A DNA stretch of 64,000 bases from Octopus vulgaris (Eukaryota), in NCBI GenBank assembly GCA_951406725.2, contig OX597815.1:18972001-19036000 (forward strand), written 5' to 3'. Each line of letters opens with the position of its first letter. The stretch's first letter is position 1. This document shows positions 13,778 through 25,840 of this stretch, one piece after another. The position numbers were made by a program, and so were the translations under genes. Under the pieces are notes generated by a model. That model ran no database searches. It saw nothing but the letters and a program-made list of their open reading frames with translations, and was not told the origin of the DNA.

Positions 13778-14718
13778 CAAGTTGGGTTCAAAATGTATTC
13801 AACTTCATTTTTTCCGCCAAAACTAAGCCGTATGGGCAAACTCTTGAGTCGAAAGTGGCATCACCCTTCCTGCGTGCACATTAAAACTTTCCCGCCGGTA
13901 GGTTAGGGTCAGTTACTTGCTGTTACCCCTCGAGTATAGACGTGTGGTGCGGCTCGAGCGATTTTCAGTTTCACGCAAGATGAAAGAATGCATCGAGCAG
14001 AGACCATAGACCTTTGTCTTTTCACAAGTGATGGTGGTCTTCGTGAAGCCTGGGTCATAGTTTGCATAGTCCAGCATCTCCTGAGCGATTTCTATGAGGT
14101 ATTAGTTTTGCCGCTCCGCCAGCACCTTGGGGGCGCATTTCGCCGAAACTCTCCGCATGCACAAATACTCTGTTAAAATAGACCGCACCAATCCTGAGCT
14201 TATTTCCACTTTGTGAGCATTTTCATGGATTGTTACACACGGTCTCCCATGACTGTGTGTTGCACCATCTCAATCGGCTTCTTCGGTTCATTTTATTGAT
14301 GTCCTGCCTGAGCATGCCTTACTGTCCACCGAAATGCAGTCATGTCTAAAGCGCTTGTTGCACTCCTTGATCTGAGCTTTACCCATGGCGTCATTGCCAA
14401 AGGGCTGCTGAAACTTCTGGATGGCTTGAGCTTGAGTATCACTAAACTTTCAGTAAAGCTTGATGCAATGCCTCTGCAGAATGTGTTCATTGAAAACGAA
14501 AATCTCATGAGTACGCACTACAAGTCCGTACTCTAGGTGTAACTGAACTGAAGCGGCATACCGGCATACTAGGGAACTAAAGCCTCATACCGGCGCGGTA
14601 ATTTGCGAGCATGCGGAAGAAGGGTGATGTCACCCCCCAAACAAAAGGAATTGCCCGCACGGCATTAGTTTTTTGGCATGAAAGTATAAAGTCGGAAAAT
14701 TTTTGAAACATCAAATGT
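13778..14718 (-). mobile_element. Degenerate mariner element made of two inward-facing 5' ends; transposase N-terminal pseudogene on the minus strand (~14490 to 14003)
   Basis: Minus strand reads QRHCIKLY*KFSDTQAQAIQKFQQPFGNDAMGKAQIKE...SGR... and ILTEYLCMRRVSAKCAPKVL...TITCEKTKVYG (mariner HTH, VP(K/R)xL linker, TGDETW region). The plus strand 13778-14004 is a homologous 5' end ending MKECIEQR. TA at 13776-13777. Confidence 0.85.
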
Positions 14719-15730
14719 TTCACGTTGATGTTGATCATAAAAGAAAGAATGATAAAGTTTGAATATATTCAGCGACTGCATTTAAAAAAATTTTGCTTGC
14801 TCCTTAAAATCTTTAGGTGAAAAATTCACCTTCGACGTTCTAATTTACTCAATTAGTGATAAGTGTTCCCTCGGGTTAATAATTAACCTTTGATGTTCCC
14901 GTTATACAGGATAAGACATTGCATTTATTTGCAATGATTAGCAGAAAAGTCTGGTTTTCTTCTGAGGAACCACAATGTAACAACATATACCCCGAAGTGT
15001 TTGTCAGCCTGTAGGTTTTCTTCGTAGTTCCGTTAGAATCACAAGTTATATAACATACAAGCACTTTCCTCTCAATAAAATTGCATGATGTTCATTAGTA
15101 CAGCATACTTTGAAGCTGTAGGATTTCCATCATCCCCTACTTTCCCATATGGTTCTATTAGTTGCTTTCCAACGTTATCTCAAGTAAAATCAATGAAACT
15201 TCTGATCAATATATCCAAGTAATTGGACAGTAATTCAGTTTTCTATCTCCTCTAATTAATTTCATTGAATCCTAGTCGACAGCAAGTTATTACTAACTTT
15301 TGACATGCAGCTATTAATAAAATAAGATTTCACCTTAAATTGCTTTTTAAATCATTGTACATATCAGTGGATATGCTACATTTATAGATTAATTAATTTC
15401 CTTTTGAAAAAATAAATACCTCTGTTATAATCTACCACACTCATTGGGTGACGTCTTAATTTATCTTCTCCTTGAAAGAGTCACACCGTTCTTTCCATGA
15501 TAGAGAACCAAAAGTTTATTCTAGCAAACAGCACCTGACTGAAATAGCTTTCAAAATCTAGAAAGTCAATAGCTAAGTATTCTGTCTGTAAGTTGGTCTA
15601 TTTCAATCTTAAAATAACTCCTTTATATACGGTTAAGAAAAGATGCATCCTACCACAAAATATGTAATTTAAAGGAACATGTGGGACTTATTAAACATTT
15701 GGCACTGAAATATTACTCCGAAGTATTGAA

Positions 15731-15812
15731 GACTTGCTCACCGAAATATGACGAATTACTAGTAATTCGTAATATTTCGGTGAGCAAGTCTAACCCTAAC
15801 CCTAACCCTAAC
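15731..15812. repeat. 60-bp loopless palindrome followed by a telomere-type (TAACCC)3 run
   Basis: gacttgctcaccgaaatatgacgaattact|agtaattcgtaatatttcggtgagcaagtc (one mismatch), then taaccctaaccctaaccctaac. Confidence 0.95.
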
Positions 15813-16114
15813 TGGTTTATATATATACATATATACCTACAACAATAACAATAATAAAGATAACCAACTACCTCCCCTTCTTTTTTACTGCTTGTGAAGT
15901 CATTCACTCGTGAATATAATCACACACAACATGGGCAAAAATTTTTTAAAGAAAAATATACATATTCAAATAAGTAAAACATAATATCATGTATAGCGAT
16001 AGCGAAACCGGTCGATATATTAAAATTTGTATTAAACCTATGTAAGTGTGCGTATTTTCCCTTTTAATTTCTTATATATATGTATATATATATATATATA
16101 ATGCTTGGTAACCC

Positions 16115-16177
<63 letters not shown>

Positions 16178-16605
16178 CTTGGTAACCCTACAAAAGAAGG
16201 AAATGTATTATAATTTTAAATTTATATAATCCAATACTACGAATACCACAAGTGTAACAGAATAATGCAAACCAATTTGGGAGGTACTGCACGGCCTCTC
16301 GACCTGATAGAACCAGCTGTAAAAATCGCTTAAATCACATTCAACCGCCTTGAAACAATAAAGAGGCATTGACCAATGGTAGACATAGATATAAAGTAAA
16401 AAAAAGCCCAATCCGTTTATTGATTAAATGGATATTTCAAATATTCTGTGAATAATTACTTAGTATTTTGGATATCAATTTTTCTTAAAATTAAGTTTGC
16501 GTGTGTACATGCATACGGTGCAATAGGGTTGTTGTTGATCATGTCTGAAAAGCCTTCCTTAATCGGAGGCCTATCGAACCAGAATTGATCTCAACTTAAG
16601 TAATA

Positions 16606-16738
16606 GTTTCAAATTTCGGCACAGAGCCAGCAGTTTTTAAAGAGAATGGAAGAATCGATTACATCGACTCCGGATCTTGGATTAATACTTATTTTATTGT
16701 CCCCAATGGATGAAAGGTAAAATCAACCTCTGCGGAAT
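16606..16738 (-). mobile_element. SINE family B variant fragment (alternative 3' tail)
   Basis: Reverse complement has cctttcatcc...aataaaataagta...gtcgatgtaatcgat and the tail gtgccgaaatttgaaac, as at 58518-58705. Confidence 0.6.
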
Positions 16739-17454
16739 AATATGGACTTAAACAATAATAATAAGAAGAATATAATATGATAACTAACAATGGCAACGAT
16801 AACACTGCATATGTGATTTTTAGGTAGCATATATTCTATCTAAATTTATATTTGAAGCATTTTTTGTGATAAAATGACAGAAACTTATCGGGCTCATTAG
16901 GCAAAACTTCGATAATTTGCATTCCGTCGAGATAATTCTGATATGCATCACTCCCGTGTGTATACAAAACGTCAAAGTGATAATTTGAATGTACCACTCC
17001 TCAACAAATAAGATACCTTTTTGTGTATCAATGTCTGTGTGATGATATTTGGCCCTGAAACTTTGAACGCGCATGATATAATATGCTACATCTGAGAAAT
17101 AAAATATTTTAATATATTCTTATATAATAGAACGCGTAAGTGGTTGAGTATACTATGACCAAGCACGAACGTAGAATTAGCGTGATACTATGTCACAAGA
17201 TTTTACCTTGGAATTATAGATGCAATCCATTCACCATGCTTCCGCAGTTTCCGGTCATCTCTTTCACTGTCAAGGTTTCAGTCGACCCAACACAAACTCA
17301 GTGGGACTGAAACATGAATCTCGTGATTACAAAGCGAAATTTTAAATAACCAGCCATTCTGTATCACTTGATTAACTTGCAATTTTTTTCTTTGATAAAT
17401 TTTAGACGTAAACACAATGGTAAGAATTCGAATAAGTAATCCAGTTAATTATGT

Positions 17455-17632
17455 TTCTTTATTAGCCACACAGGGCTGCACACAGACGGGACAGATTACA
17501 AAGTAGAGCTTTTCTTGGATCGTAAAAGGGAAAGAAAAGAAATGATCAATAGGGATCGTGTATCACAGAAACATCATGATGTAAAGTGTAAAGGGGAAAG
17601 CAGATAGGGTTTATCCATGGAAAGAAAAGAAA
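17455..17632 (-). mobile_element. 3' end of a non-LTR element sharing its terminus with SINE family B
   Basis: Minus strand ends tgtcccgtctgtgtgcagccctgtgtggctaataaagaaa, versus the SINE B tail tgtcctctctgtgtttagccccttgtgggcaataaagaaa; upstream sequence is unrelated to the SINE. Confidence 0.55.
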
Positions 17633-18416
17633 AAAAACCCGGTTAATTATAAGGCTCATAGTAACTCATTACTTCAGTTACAGAGTATACTGTTCTTCAG
17701 GGTATTAAATTCTCTTAAACCTAAGATTGCGTGTTGTACAACTGTTTATATCCTATTGGGTATCCAAATATTATTGGAGTATGAATAGTTAGAGGCACAA
17801 TTAGAAAACTTGTAATGTTTATTGATGAATGTATGGAAGCGTTACTTTTATCTTTTACGCAGACGAGATGTTAGTATTACATCTATTGAATATGATACTA
17901 ACATGTAAGTCAATATAAGTCAATAAAGATATTTGGGTTAGGTTGTGTTTTTCCACGATAGCTTGGTCTACAGCAGAAGATTCAATACACATGCATCTGA
18001 AAAAATCGTAGTGAAGGTTCTATTTTGAGGCGTCAAGAATAGGGTTTAGAGAAAGTACCCCATGGAAGTAGTCAGCATTATTTATATACTCTTGTTAAAC
18101 GCACTCATATGCATTATAACGAAGCGAAAAGATTCGAGTAGCTGAGAGTCTCAATGGGAGTAAAGGAAAAAGTTCCCTAATGGAAGTTATACGATAAACA
18201 CATACACATACACACACACACACAATCAGAGAAAATAACTACAAAACGGAGGAGCTAACCGAAAGTTTGGGGAAGAGAAATTAATTCAATTGGTAGTGAA
18301 AATTTGCATTGAAGTCAAAAAGCCATTCTTTGAAAAGAGTACAAATGCTTGAAATTATTCTCCTCAGCGAAGATTTTTGGTCAGCTTCATAAAATTGATT
18401 GTGTACGTCTATCTAT

Positions 18417-18529
<113 letters not shown>

Positions 18530-18560
18530 ACTATATATACATACATACATAAATACATAC

Positions 18561-18594
<34 letters not shown>

Positions 18595-18704
18595 GCCTGC
18601 TCGCTTAGCCAGCGAGGTGGCGTCATTCGAAGGCTAAAAACAATGCGAATGCAGTGTGACCAGCGATGTGTAACAACATCTGATAGTCTGGTCGGTCACG
18701 TGAT

Positions 18705-18801
<97 letters not shown>

Positions 18802-19249
18802 CACACACACTTATAGTGACGCAGATTATGAGAAACAATATGGCTGAGTGAAAAGTACACTATGAAAACAATAAAGGTATGTACGTGATTCACTGAAGAG
18901 TTAAATGAGATTGAAACACGTTCGTTATTTTCAACCGTTTGCTTTCAAGGGTAGATTAACTCTCATCTGCATTTTCCAGAATTTTCTACTGGCCCATCTC
19001 CTTGCACTTAGTTCCGTTGTTTGTTGCTCTTGCATTCTCATCCACACCTAGAATGAGTTTTTTTTTCATCGTCTAACTGCTTGATAAATATTAGTTAATT
19101 AGTCGCCATGTATCATATTTTGAGGCACTTCCGTTATAACTTTATCTTAAGTTAATTTAACTCACCCTCATTGTTTTCATAGTGTATTTTTCACTCAGCC
19201 ATATTGTTTCTCATAATCTACGTCACTATATTTGTGGGTATGTATGTGG

Positions 19250-19286
<37 letters not shown>

Positions 19287-19332
19287 CATATATAGTGAAA
19301 GATACTATATTTAAAAGCAGCAGAAATTCAAC

Positions 19333-19382
19333 AAAGCCTGTTACTCGCGGAGTTTCACGTTCCCGTTCGTCGGACAGTTTTG
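19333..19382 (-). ncRNA. Antisense hammerhead copy (U4C core variant)
   Basis: Minus strand AAAACUGU-CCGACGA-ACG(GGAA)CGU-GAAA-CUC(CGC)GAG-UA/ACAG. Confidence 0.65.
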
Positions 19383-19431
19383 TTGGAGTTTCACGTTCCC
19401 GTTCGTCGGACAGTTTTGTTAAAATTTTAAC

Positions 19432-19478
19432 AAAACTGTCTGACGAACGGGAACGTGAAACTCCGAGTAACAGGTTTT
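19432..19478 (+). ncRNA. Minimal type I hammerhead ribozyme (intact core)
   Basis: AAAACUGU-CUGACGA-ACG(GGAA)CGU-GAAA-CUC(C)GAG-UA/ACAG-GUUUU: all conserved core nucleotides and stems I, II and III are present; predicted cleavage after 19469. Confidence 0.8.
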
Positions 19479-19593
19479 GTTGAATTTCTGCTGCTTTTAA
19501 ATAAAACATATTACTCTACCCCTGGTATTTGAGTACTCTATTTTTCCACAATGTTTCACATTTATGTGTTTACTCCGGTATAGTGAAAGATAG

Positions 19594-19819
<226 letters not shown>

Positions 19820-20377
19820 GTACACAATCACTTTTAAGAAGCTTTTAAGAAGCTGACCAAAAGTCTTCGCTGAGGAGGTATAACAGGATCGAAACAGAAT
19901 AATTTCAAACATGTGTACTCTTTTCAAGGAATGGCTTTTGACTTCAATGCAAATTTTCACTACCAATTGAATTACTTTCTCTGAACAGAGCATTTTCGAT
20001 GTTTATTGATCCAGAATTTGGTTTTAATGACAAGATCCATTCCAATCCGCATCAAGTTCATTTTGTAAAACTTTCTGTTTTGCATCTTATTAGATTTATT
20101 TGCTTGATGATTTTAGATTTTAAATACAACTAGAGGTTACTTTTAAGAATGCATTGCAGAATAATCTCTGTAGACGGTTTTCAGCTCACTATATTACATA
20201 TCTAAACCCCATCGTGTGCCATCTAAGAAGTGTTTTTGTCATTTGCCGCCATTACATCTTGCTGAAATTTTTTCATCTACCATGCCCAATAGTAGATGAA
20301 ATATCAAGGTGCTTTCTTGACATGGTACGTACAATGTCAAGTAAGCACCAGAATTCTATAGAAATAATCTCCTTTAC

Positions 20378-20446
<69 letters not shown>

Positions 20447-20453
<7 letters not shown>

Positions 20454-20968
20454 AAGTGGAGTTGTAGGGTACCGCACGAGTGGAATTATATACGAAAGAA
20501 GGTTTGAAAATGCAATTTTAAAAGATATTTATTTACTTTACCGGTTTCACTCTTTGGAAAAAGATTGTCAAAAGTAACATGTAGAAGTTTGGTTGCGTTA
20601 ATTATTGGTTGTTACAAAATGCTACATTACATATATACAGTCTTTGGTAGCAAAGACATGTTAAGGACATAAAAAAGTTTATTAATTATTAATTTTTAAT
20701 AATTCCTTCTGGAAACTATCTTTAACATATTCTTGAGAATGTATATTTATGTTGTAATCTTTTGAGCCCAATATTTTAAGGAACTTTTTATGTCCTGAAC
20801 ATGTCCTTGTTACCAAAGACTGTATATATGTAATGTAGCATTTTGTAACAACCAATAATTAACGCAACCAAACTTCTACATGTTACATTTGACAACTTTT
20901 TCCAAAGAGTGAAACCGGTAAAGTAAATAAACATCTTTTAAAATTGCATTTTCAAACCTTCTTTCATA
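20447..20968. mobile_element. Young foldback cassette (probable Penelope inverted pLTR); ~188-bp arms, ~100-bp spacer
   Basis: 20491-20679 is inverted at 20782-20968 with about 8 differences. Both arms carry ttgacaa...aaagagt-gaaaccggta-aagtaa (hammerhead-like). An unpaired tail at 20447-20490 abuts (TA)n. Confidence 0.8.
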
Positions 20969-21749
20969 ACAATAGAACATACCTAAATGAACACCGTTTT
21001 ACAAAAAGACAGGCAAAAAGTAAATATTTCGCAATCTCATATACAACTTTTGATAAGTGCAGGCCTCTTACACAAGTGCTGAAGAATCAGAAAGGTAAAA
21101 ATTCTAACAAGAACTTCCTAGCTAGAAAGCAGCTTTCTGCTGCGTCAAAGTTATTTTCATTTGCAAAACCACGTTACTATGTGATAAAATCTTGCTAAAA
21201 TGGAAAACTATATTTGGTTCTATACTCTGGTCACGAATGTTAAAATACCTGTATGGATATATTTCGTAACAATACCTTCGGATGTAGTTAACAACTATTA
21301 ACAGTTGATCAAATTTCATCCGATGCTATGAATGAAATACCGATGAAAATGACAATATTTCTTATGAGATCAGAATTTCTGTTGAGATCAGAATGACGGA
21401 ATTTTCTCTAAAAGGTTTTATATTAATAACATATCATATGTCCTTTATACTGAAGAGGTGGATTTATAACTAAAATGTGAAAAAAAGACGAACAAAAAAA
21501 CAACATAGTAGACCAACTGACGGAACCATTAATAAGCTAGAAATAATTCCTGCGTTGATAAATAACTTGATATTTTGGCAATTTTCTCACAAGTTGTAGG
21601 ATATTATATAGTTCTATAAGAGCTATGTGTGACAATATTAGGTATCATATAAGTAATTTTGCTTCAAGTTATGATTCTTACAAATACTTCAAAGGGTTGT
21701 GAAACAAATAGAAACGCACACACGAATACGAATTTGATATCCGTCATCA

Positions 21750-22015
21750 TTACCACCACCAACACCAACAACAACACCGTCATCGCTCACAACCAGCAAC
21801 ACCAATACCGTCATCATTATCGTCGTCGTAGTCATCATCATCATCATCGTCATCATCGTCATCATCACCATCATCGTCATCATCACCATCTTCATCATCA
21901 TCACCACCATCATCATCATCACCACCACCACCACCACCACCACCATCATCATCGTCGTCATCATCATCATCAGCAGCAGCATCATCATCATCATCATCAT
22001 CATTATCATCATCAT
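21750..22015. repeat. (CAT/CAC)n microsatellite
   Basis: Long catcatcat/caccaccac runs giving spurious poly-H/M/D ORFs. Confidence 0.9.
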
Positions 22016-22098
22016 GTTTCCCATAATCATCCAATAACTAACCTTGTCTTGAATTAGTGTCTACCAATGAATATATATATATATATGCATTTTATTAC

Positions 22099-22496
22099 GT
22101 AAGCTGTATGGTAAGAAGCTTGCTTCTCAACCTTATAGTTTCGGGTTCAGTCTCACTGTGTGACACCTTGGGCAAATGTCTCCCACTACAGCCTCAGGCC
22201 TACCTTTTGAGTGGATTTGGTAGCCGGAAACTGGAAGAAGCCCGTCGTATATATATATACATCTGTATGTAGGAATGTATTTGTGTGTTTGTGTTTGTAC
22301 CCCACTATCGTTTGTTAACTGATGTTGGTGTGTTTATGTCACCGTAACTTAGCGGTTCGGCAAAAGATTCCGATAGAATAAATACTAGGCTTACAAAGAA
22401 TAAGCGCTGGGATAGATTTGTTCGACTAAAGGTGGTGCTCCAGAATGGCCGCAGTCAAATGACTGAAACAAGTAAAAGAATAAACGAATAAAAGAA
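22099..22496 (+). mobile_element. SINE family A, diverged full-length copy
   Basis: ggtaagaagcttgc...gggttcagtctcactgtgtgacaccttgggcaaatgtc...gcagtcaaatgactgaaacaagtaaaaga. Confidence 0.9.
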
Positions 22497-22763
22497 TGTA
22501 TATCTATTAAGCTTCGGCTTTGCGAGACTAAGAACCTGGAATAGAACTCAGTACATGCATTCTTGGGAACGAAGGGTTAGACGAGTATAGAGCGGTAATA
22601 AGACAAAGAGATGAGAAAGGAATAAATGATCATCTTATGAACTTATCATGAATTTGTGATAATGCCTTTTCGCACATATACACAAATATAATTTTTTCCC
22701 AAACAAATTGCGCTTCATATTCGAGGCTCCGATGATGCTACAAGGTATTATTCAGCATTATGA

Positions 22764-22994
22764 AGGCGGCGAGCTGGCAGAAACGTTAGCACGCCGGGTG
22801 AAATGCTTAGCAGTATTTCGTCTGCCGCTACGTGCTGAGTTCAAATTCCGCCGAGGTCGCCTTTGCCTTTCATCCTTTCGGGGTCGATTAAATAAGTACC
22901 AGTTACGCACTGAGGTCGATGTAATCGACTTAATCCGTTTGTTTGTCCTTGTTTGTCCTCTCTGTGTTTAGCCCCTTGTGGGTAGTAAAGAAAT
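22764..22994 (+). mobile_element. SINE family B (Deu/Nin-like central domain), full length with 17-bp TSD
   Basis: ggcggcgagctggcagaaacgttagc...gagttcaaattcc...gcctttcatcctttcggggtcga...; TSD aggtattattcagcatt at 22743-22759 and 22995-23011. Confidence 0.92.
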
Positions 22995-24770
22995 AGGTAT
23001 TATTCAGCATTCAGCTCGAAGTATTAGCTTCTAGTTGCTTATTTGTGAACGTAAATCTAATATATGACTGTTGCTATAAAACTTAATGACCTTCTTTCGA
23101 AACTCGTAAGGACTTGCATATGTGTTCTCGTCCTCTTTTTGTGGTTAAGTTGTTCTCGTTGTGCTAGCTGAAGTTCTGCCTTGTTAGATTAGGGTTGTGA
23201 CAAACTAAGGGGTTGTGTCAGGAGTTTCCCTTCTCTGTTCAATCAAGATCGATCCAGGCTTACAATATTCGTTTTGTAAGCTGTGAGCTGAGAGTGATTT
23301 TGCTGTCATTTATCACAGTTCAAATGCACAGTATCCCCTTTACTGATTCATCATTTTGTAACTACTAACACTTTCAAGAAACTAATTCAAGCATTAGTAG
23401 AGTTTGTTAATTGAATTCCAGAAATAAAAACTGTAAGCAATGGAAACCGACATTCTCATGAGAATATTTGGGCTCAGCGATTATACACCAATCAAAGCAG
23501 TACACCCCATCTCCTCGTCCTGTCATTTACACGCTGGCAGCTCTAGATTACCATAAACCAATCGTTCTGCTTCGAGACTGTATCCAAGTACAGTTGTTAC
23601 GTCATGTTTCCCGTCCAGCTACTAAACTGTTTCTATGTAGAATTGACTCTAACTGCATTATTTTCCCTGTATACTTCGTATTATTTGTTGAGGTAAGGGC
23701 TGAATTAACTGTGGACACTGCTGCTGTTTCATTTTCGCTTTCATGTGAGACTAAAAGATTTTTAAAAAAAAGTTGCTTGTAAATTTGGTATTAATATTAA
23801 TTCTATCTTCGAGTAGACAGCTACAAGCAGTTAATACGAAGTTTCCTATTAAAACGTTAATGTGTTTCTAAAATATAATTTTTTTTTCTATTGCCTGAAA
23901 GCTGCACGCAAAGAAATGTTAAATTTAGATCGCATCTCCTAAATTATCTTATGGCTTGTTCTTAACATTCAGTTCATTGATTATAAAATCATTCATGTGA
24001 GGAATTATTTCTGCGTGCAGTTCAACGAACTAAATACAGATAAAGGAATAAAATGTAAATTAAATTGAAGTAGTAAATCTCATTTTTTTTAAAGTATTGT
24101 CTTTACTAATTGCAGCCAAGGGAACGAATGAAGTAACAGCTCTCTGAACAGGATTATACTTAACTTCGTAAAAATAATAAAAAAATCTCTGCTGAATGCG
24201 TCTGTAACACATTTCACACTGTTTTAGCTGTACGATCTCTTCTAACGCTCTACTAATTACGCTAGTGGAATGACGTCAGTTCGTCATACAGAGTTTCTAA
24301 ACGTAACTAAAACAGCGGGTGATCATTATTAAAGTTCAATAAACTACATACCAAATTGAATTGCCAGCTAGAAGGCATTCTTGTTCGTCAACTATCAAAT
24401 TCTTATAGAGTTGAACAAGACCTTTCAACCGGCTGGCGTTTTCCTGAGAGTAGCTTCGCCTTCCTGAAGCCCGTTGCATGAACGTTCTCACGAGAGACTA
24501 TCGTTTAACATTCTTGAATCAATGTTTGATGATGTAATGCGGTAATGTCAAATCAATGAATAAAACTGAATGGGAGAGTTAGATGACTAATAAATTCAAT
24601 GTTTTATATTTGACTCTATAAAAATAGTAACCGTGAACTGCTATTAGCTCTCAGTAGTCATACAACTACTAGTTTATACACATTTATTTAAATTTGATGA
24701 AAATACAATATTTTAAACTAAACACTGTAAGTGAAGTAAACAAGGTTTAAAAAGACATGGAAAATTTGTT

Positions 24771-25203
24771 GGATCTTTTCGGTCTGAACGGCAGTTTTTA
24801 ACATGATTTCTAGGTAACTAAAAAATTTTAAACTTCATATACTGGTAGAATGTGTTTATAAAACATCCTTTTTCCTTGGCTTTATTTAGAAAATTCTATA
24901 GTTTGTAAGATATTTGGTCTTTAATTTCTTGCATTTCGGCAATTTCAACCAATCAATGACCGTCTATTGAGGTGAAAACATTCTGTGCCGTATGAATATG
25001 TCCCTCACTTAAGAAGCAGATTGGGTTTATTTACATTTGTGAAGAAAAAAAGATACCCTTCCCTCCACCCCTAACCCTAACCCTAACTAACCCTAACCTA
25101 AAACAGATTGAAATGCAATAGATCGATACTAGGATCATAATTATGGGTGACAATTTCATGTCACACCGCTAGAAAAAAACCGCCGCTCAAACCGAAAAGA
25201 TCC
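24771..25203. mobile_element. 433-bp MITE with ~29-bp TIRs, GG...CC termini and 8-bp TSD (Merlin-like or hAT-type)
   Basis: ggatcttttcggtctgaacggcagttttt vs aaaaaccgccgctcaaaccgaaaagatcc; aatttgtt on both sides (24763-24770, 25204-25211); internal (TAACCC)n at about 25071-25100. Confidence 0.9.
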
Positions 25204-25840
25204 AATTTGTTTATAATTAGTAAGTCTAGAGAAAGGAATAATGACCATAGACTTCGTAGTTCCTCGCCGAATCTAGTGATTTTAATATCCTTAATAAATC
25301 GATATGTGGACAGTGAATAGCAAGAAACAAAATGATGAGAAACACCTTCATTCTTAATACTTTCTTATAGATCCAAACATGAATTTGCTAATCATTGTAT
25401 TTCGTTTCATAACACACTCTATTCATTGAGGTAGGAGATTTGGGACAGGCTGTGTCGACTTTGTTGTGTCTCTCCTCAGCTAACGCTATCTATGGTTATT
25501 AAATCTAACAAGAGATTTTGGATCTTGCTTATAGGATTCTGCTAAGAAACTATGTGATGGTGCGTGCTGATGCTACCAGCCGTACTGATGCGTGTTGATG
25601 TCTGCCAGCCGTGCTAGTGCATGCTGATGGTTGCTGTTTCTCCTCAACCAATTCCTCTCACGAACCAATGATTTGAACAATTATTAGTTGGCAGCTCCCA
25701 TTACGCAGTAGTTAGTGTGGACTGAGTGTTTGAGATAACAGAGTGTTAAGAGGAGACAAAATTAGGGAATCAAAAGTAACTGGGTGGAGGAAGTACAAAA
25801 GAATCGAGCTCCGAGTGACAGAGATCATTGTTTGTGCATA

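Larger units (their letters stand above)
19305..19578. mobile_element. Penelope-like inverted pLTR cassette with hammerheads on both strands and a 14-bp flanking direct repeat
   Basis: Palindrome centred at 19424/19425; 36-bp tandem duplication at 19349-19384/19385-19420; tatagtgaaagata at 19291-19304 and 19579-19592; homologous to 31034-31112 and 51051-51570. Confidence 0.8.

Noticed and set aside
21659-22057. Poly-His / poly-Asp ORFs
   Set aside because: Pure (CAT/CAC)n microsatellite with no flanking coding context or splice signals.
24271-24278. Full CRE palindrome TGACGTCA
   Set aside because: A single 8-mer is expected by chance in 64 kb; no supporting context.
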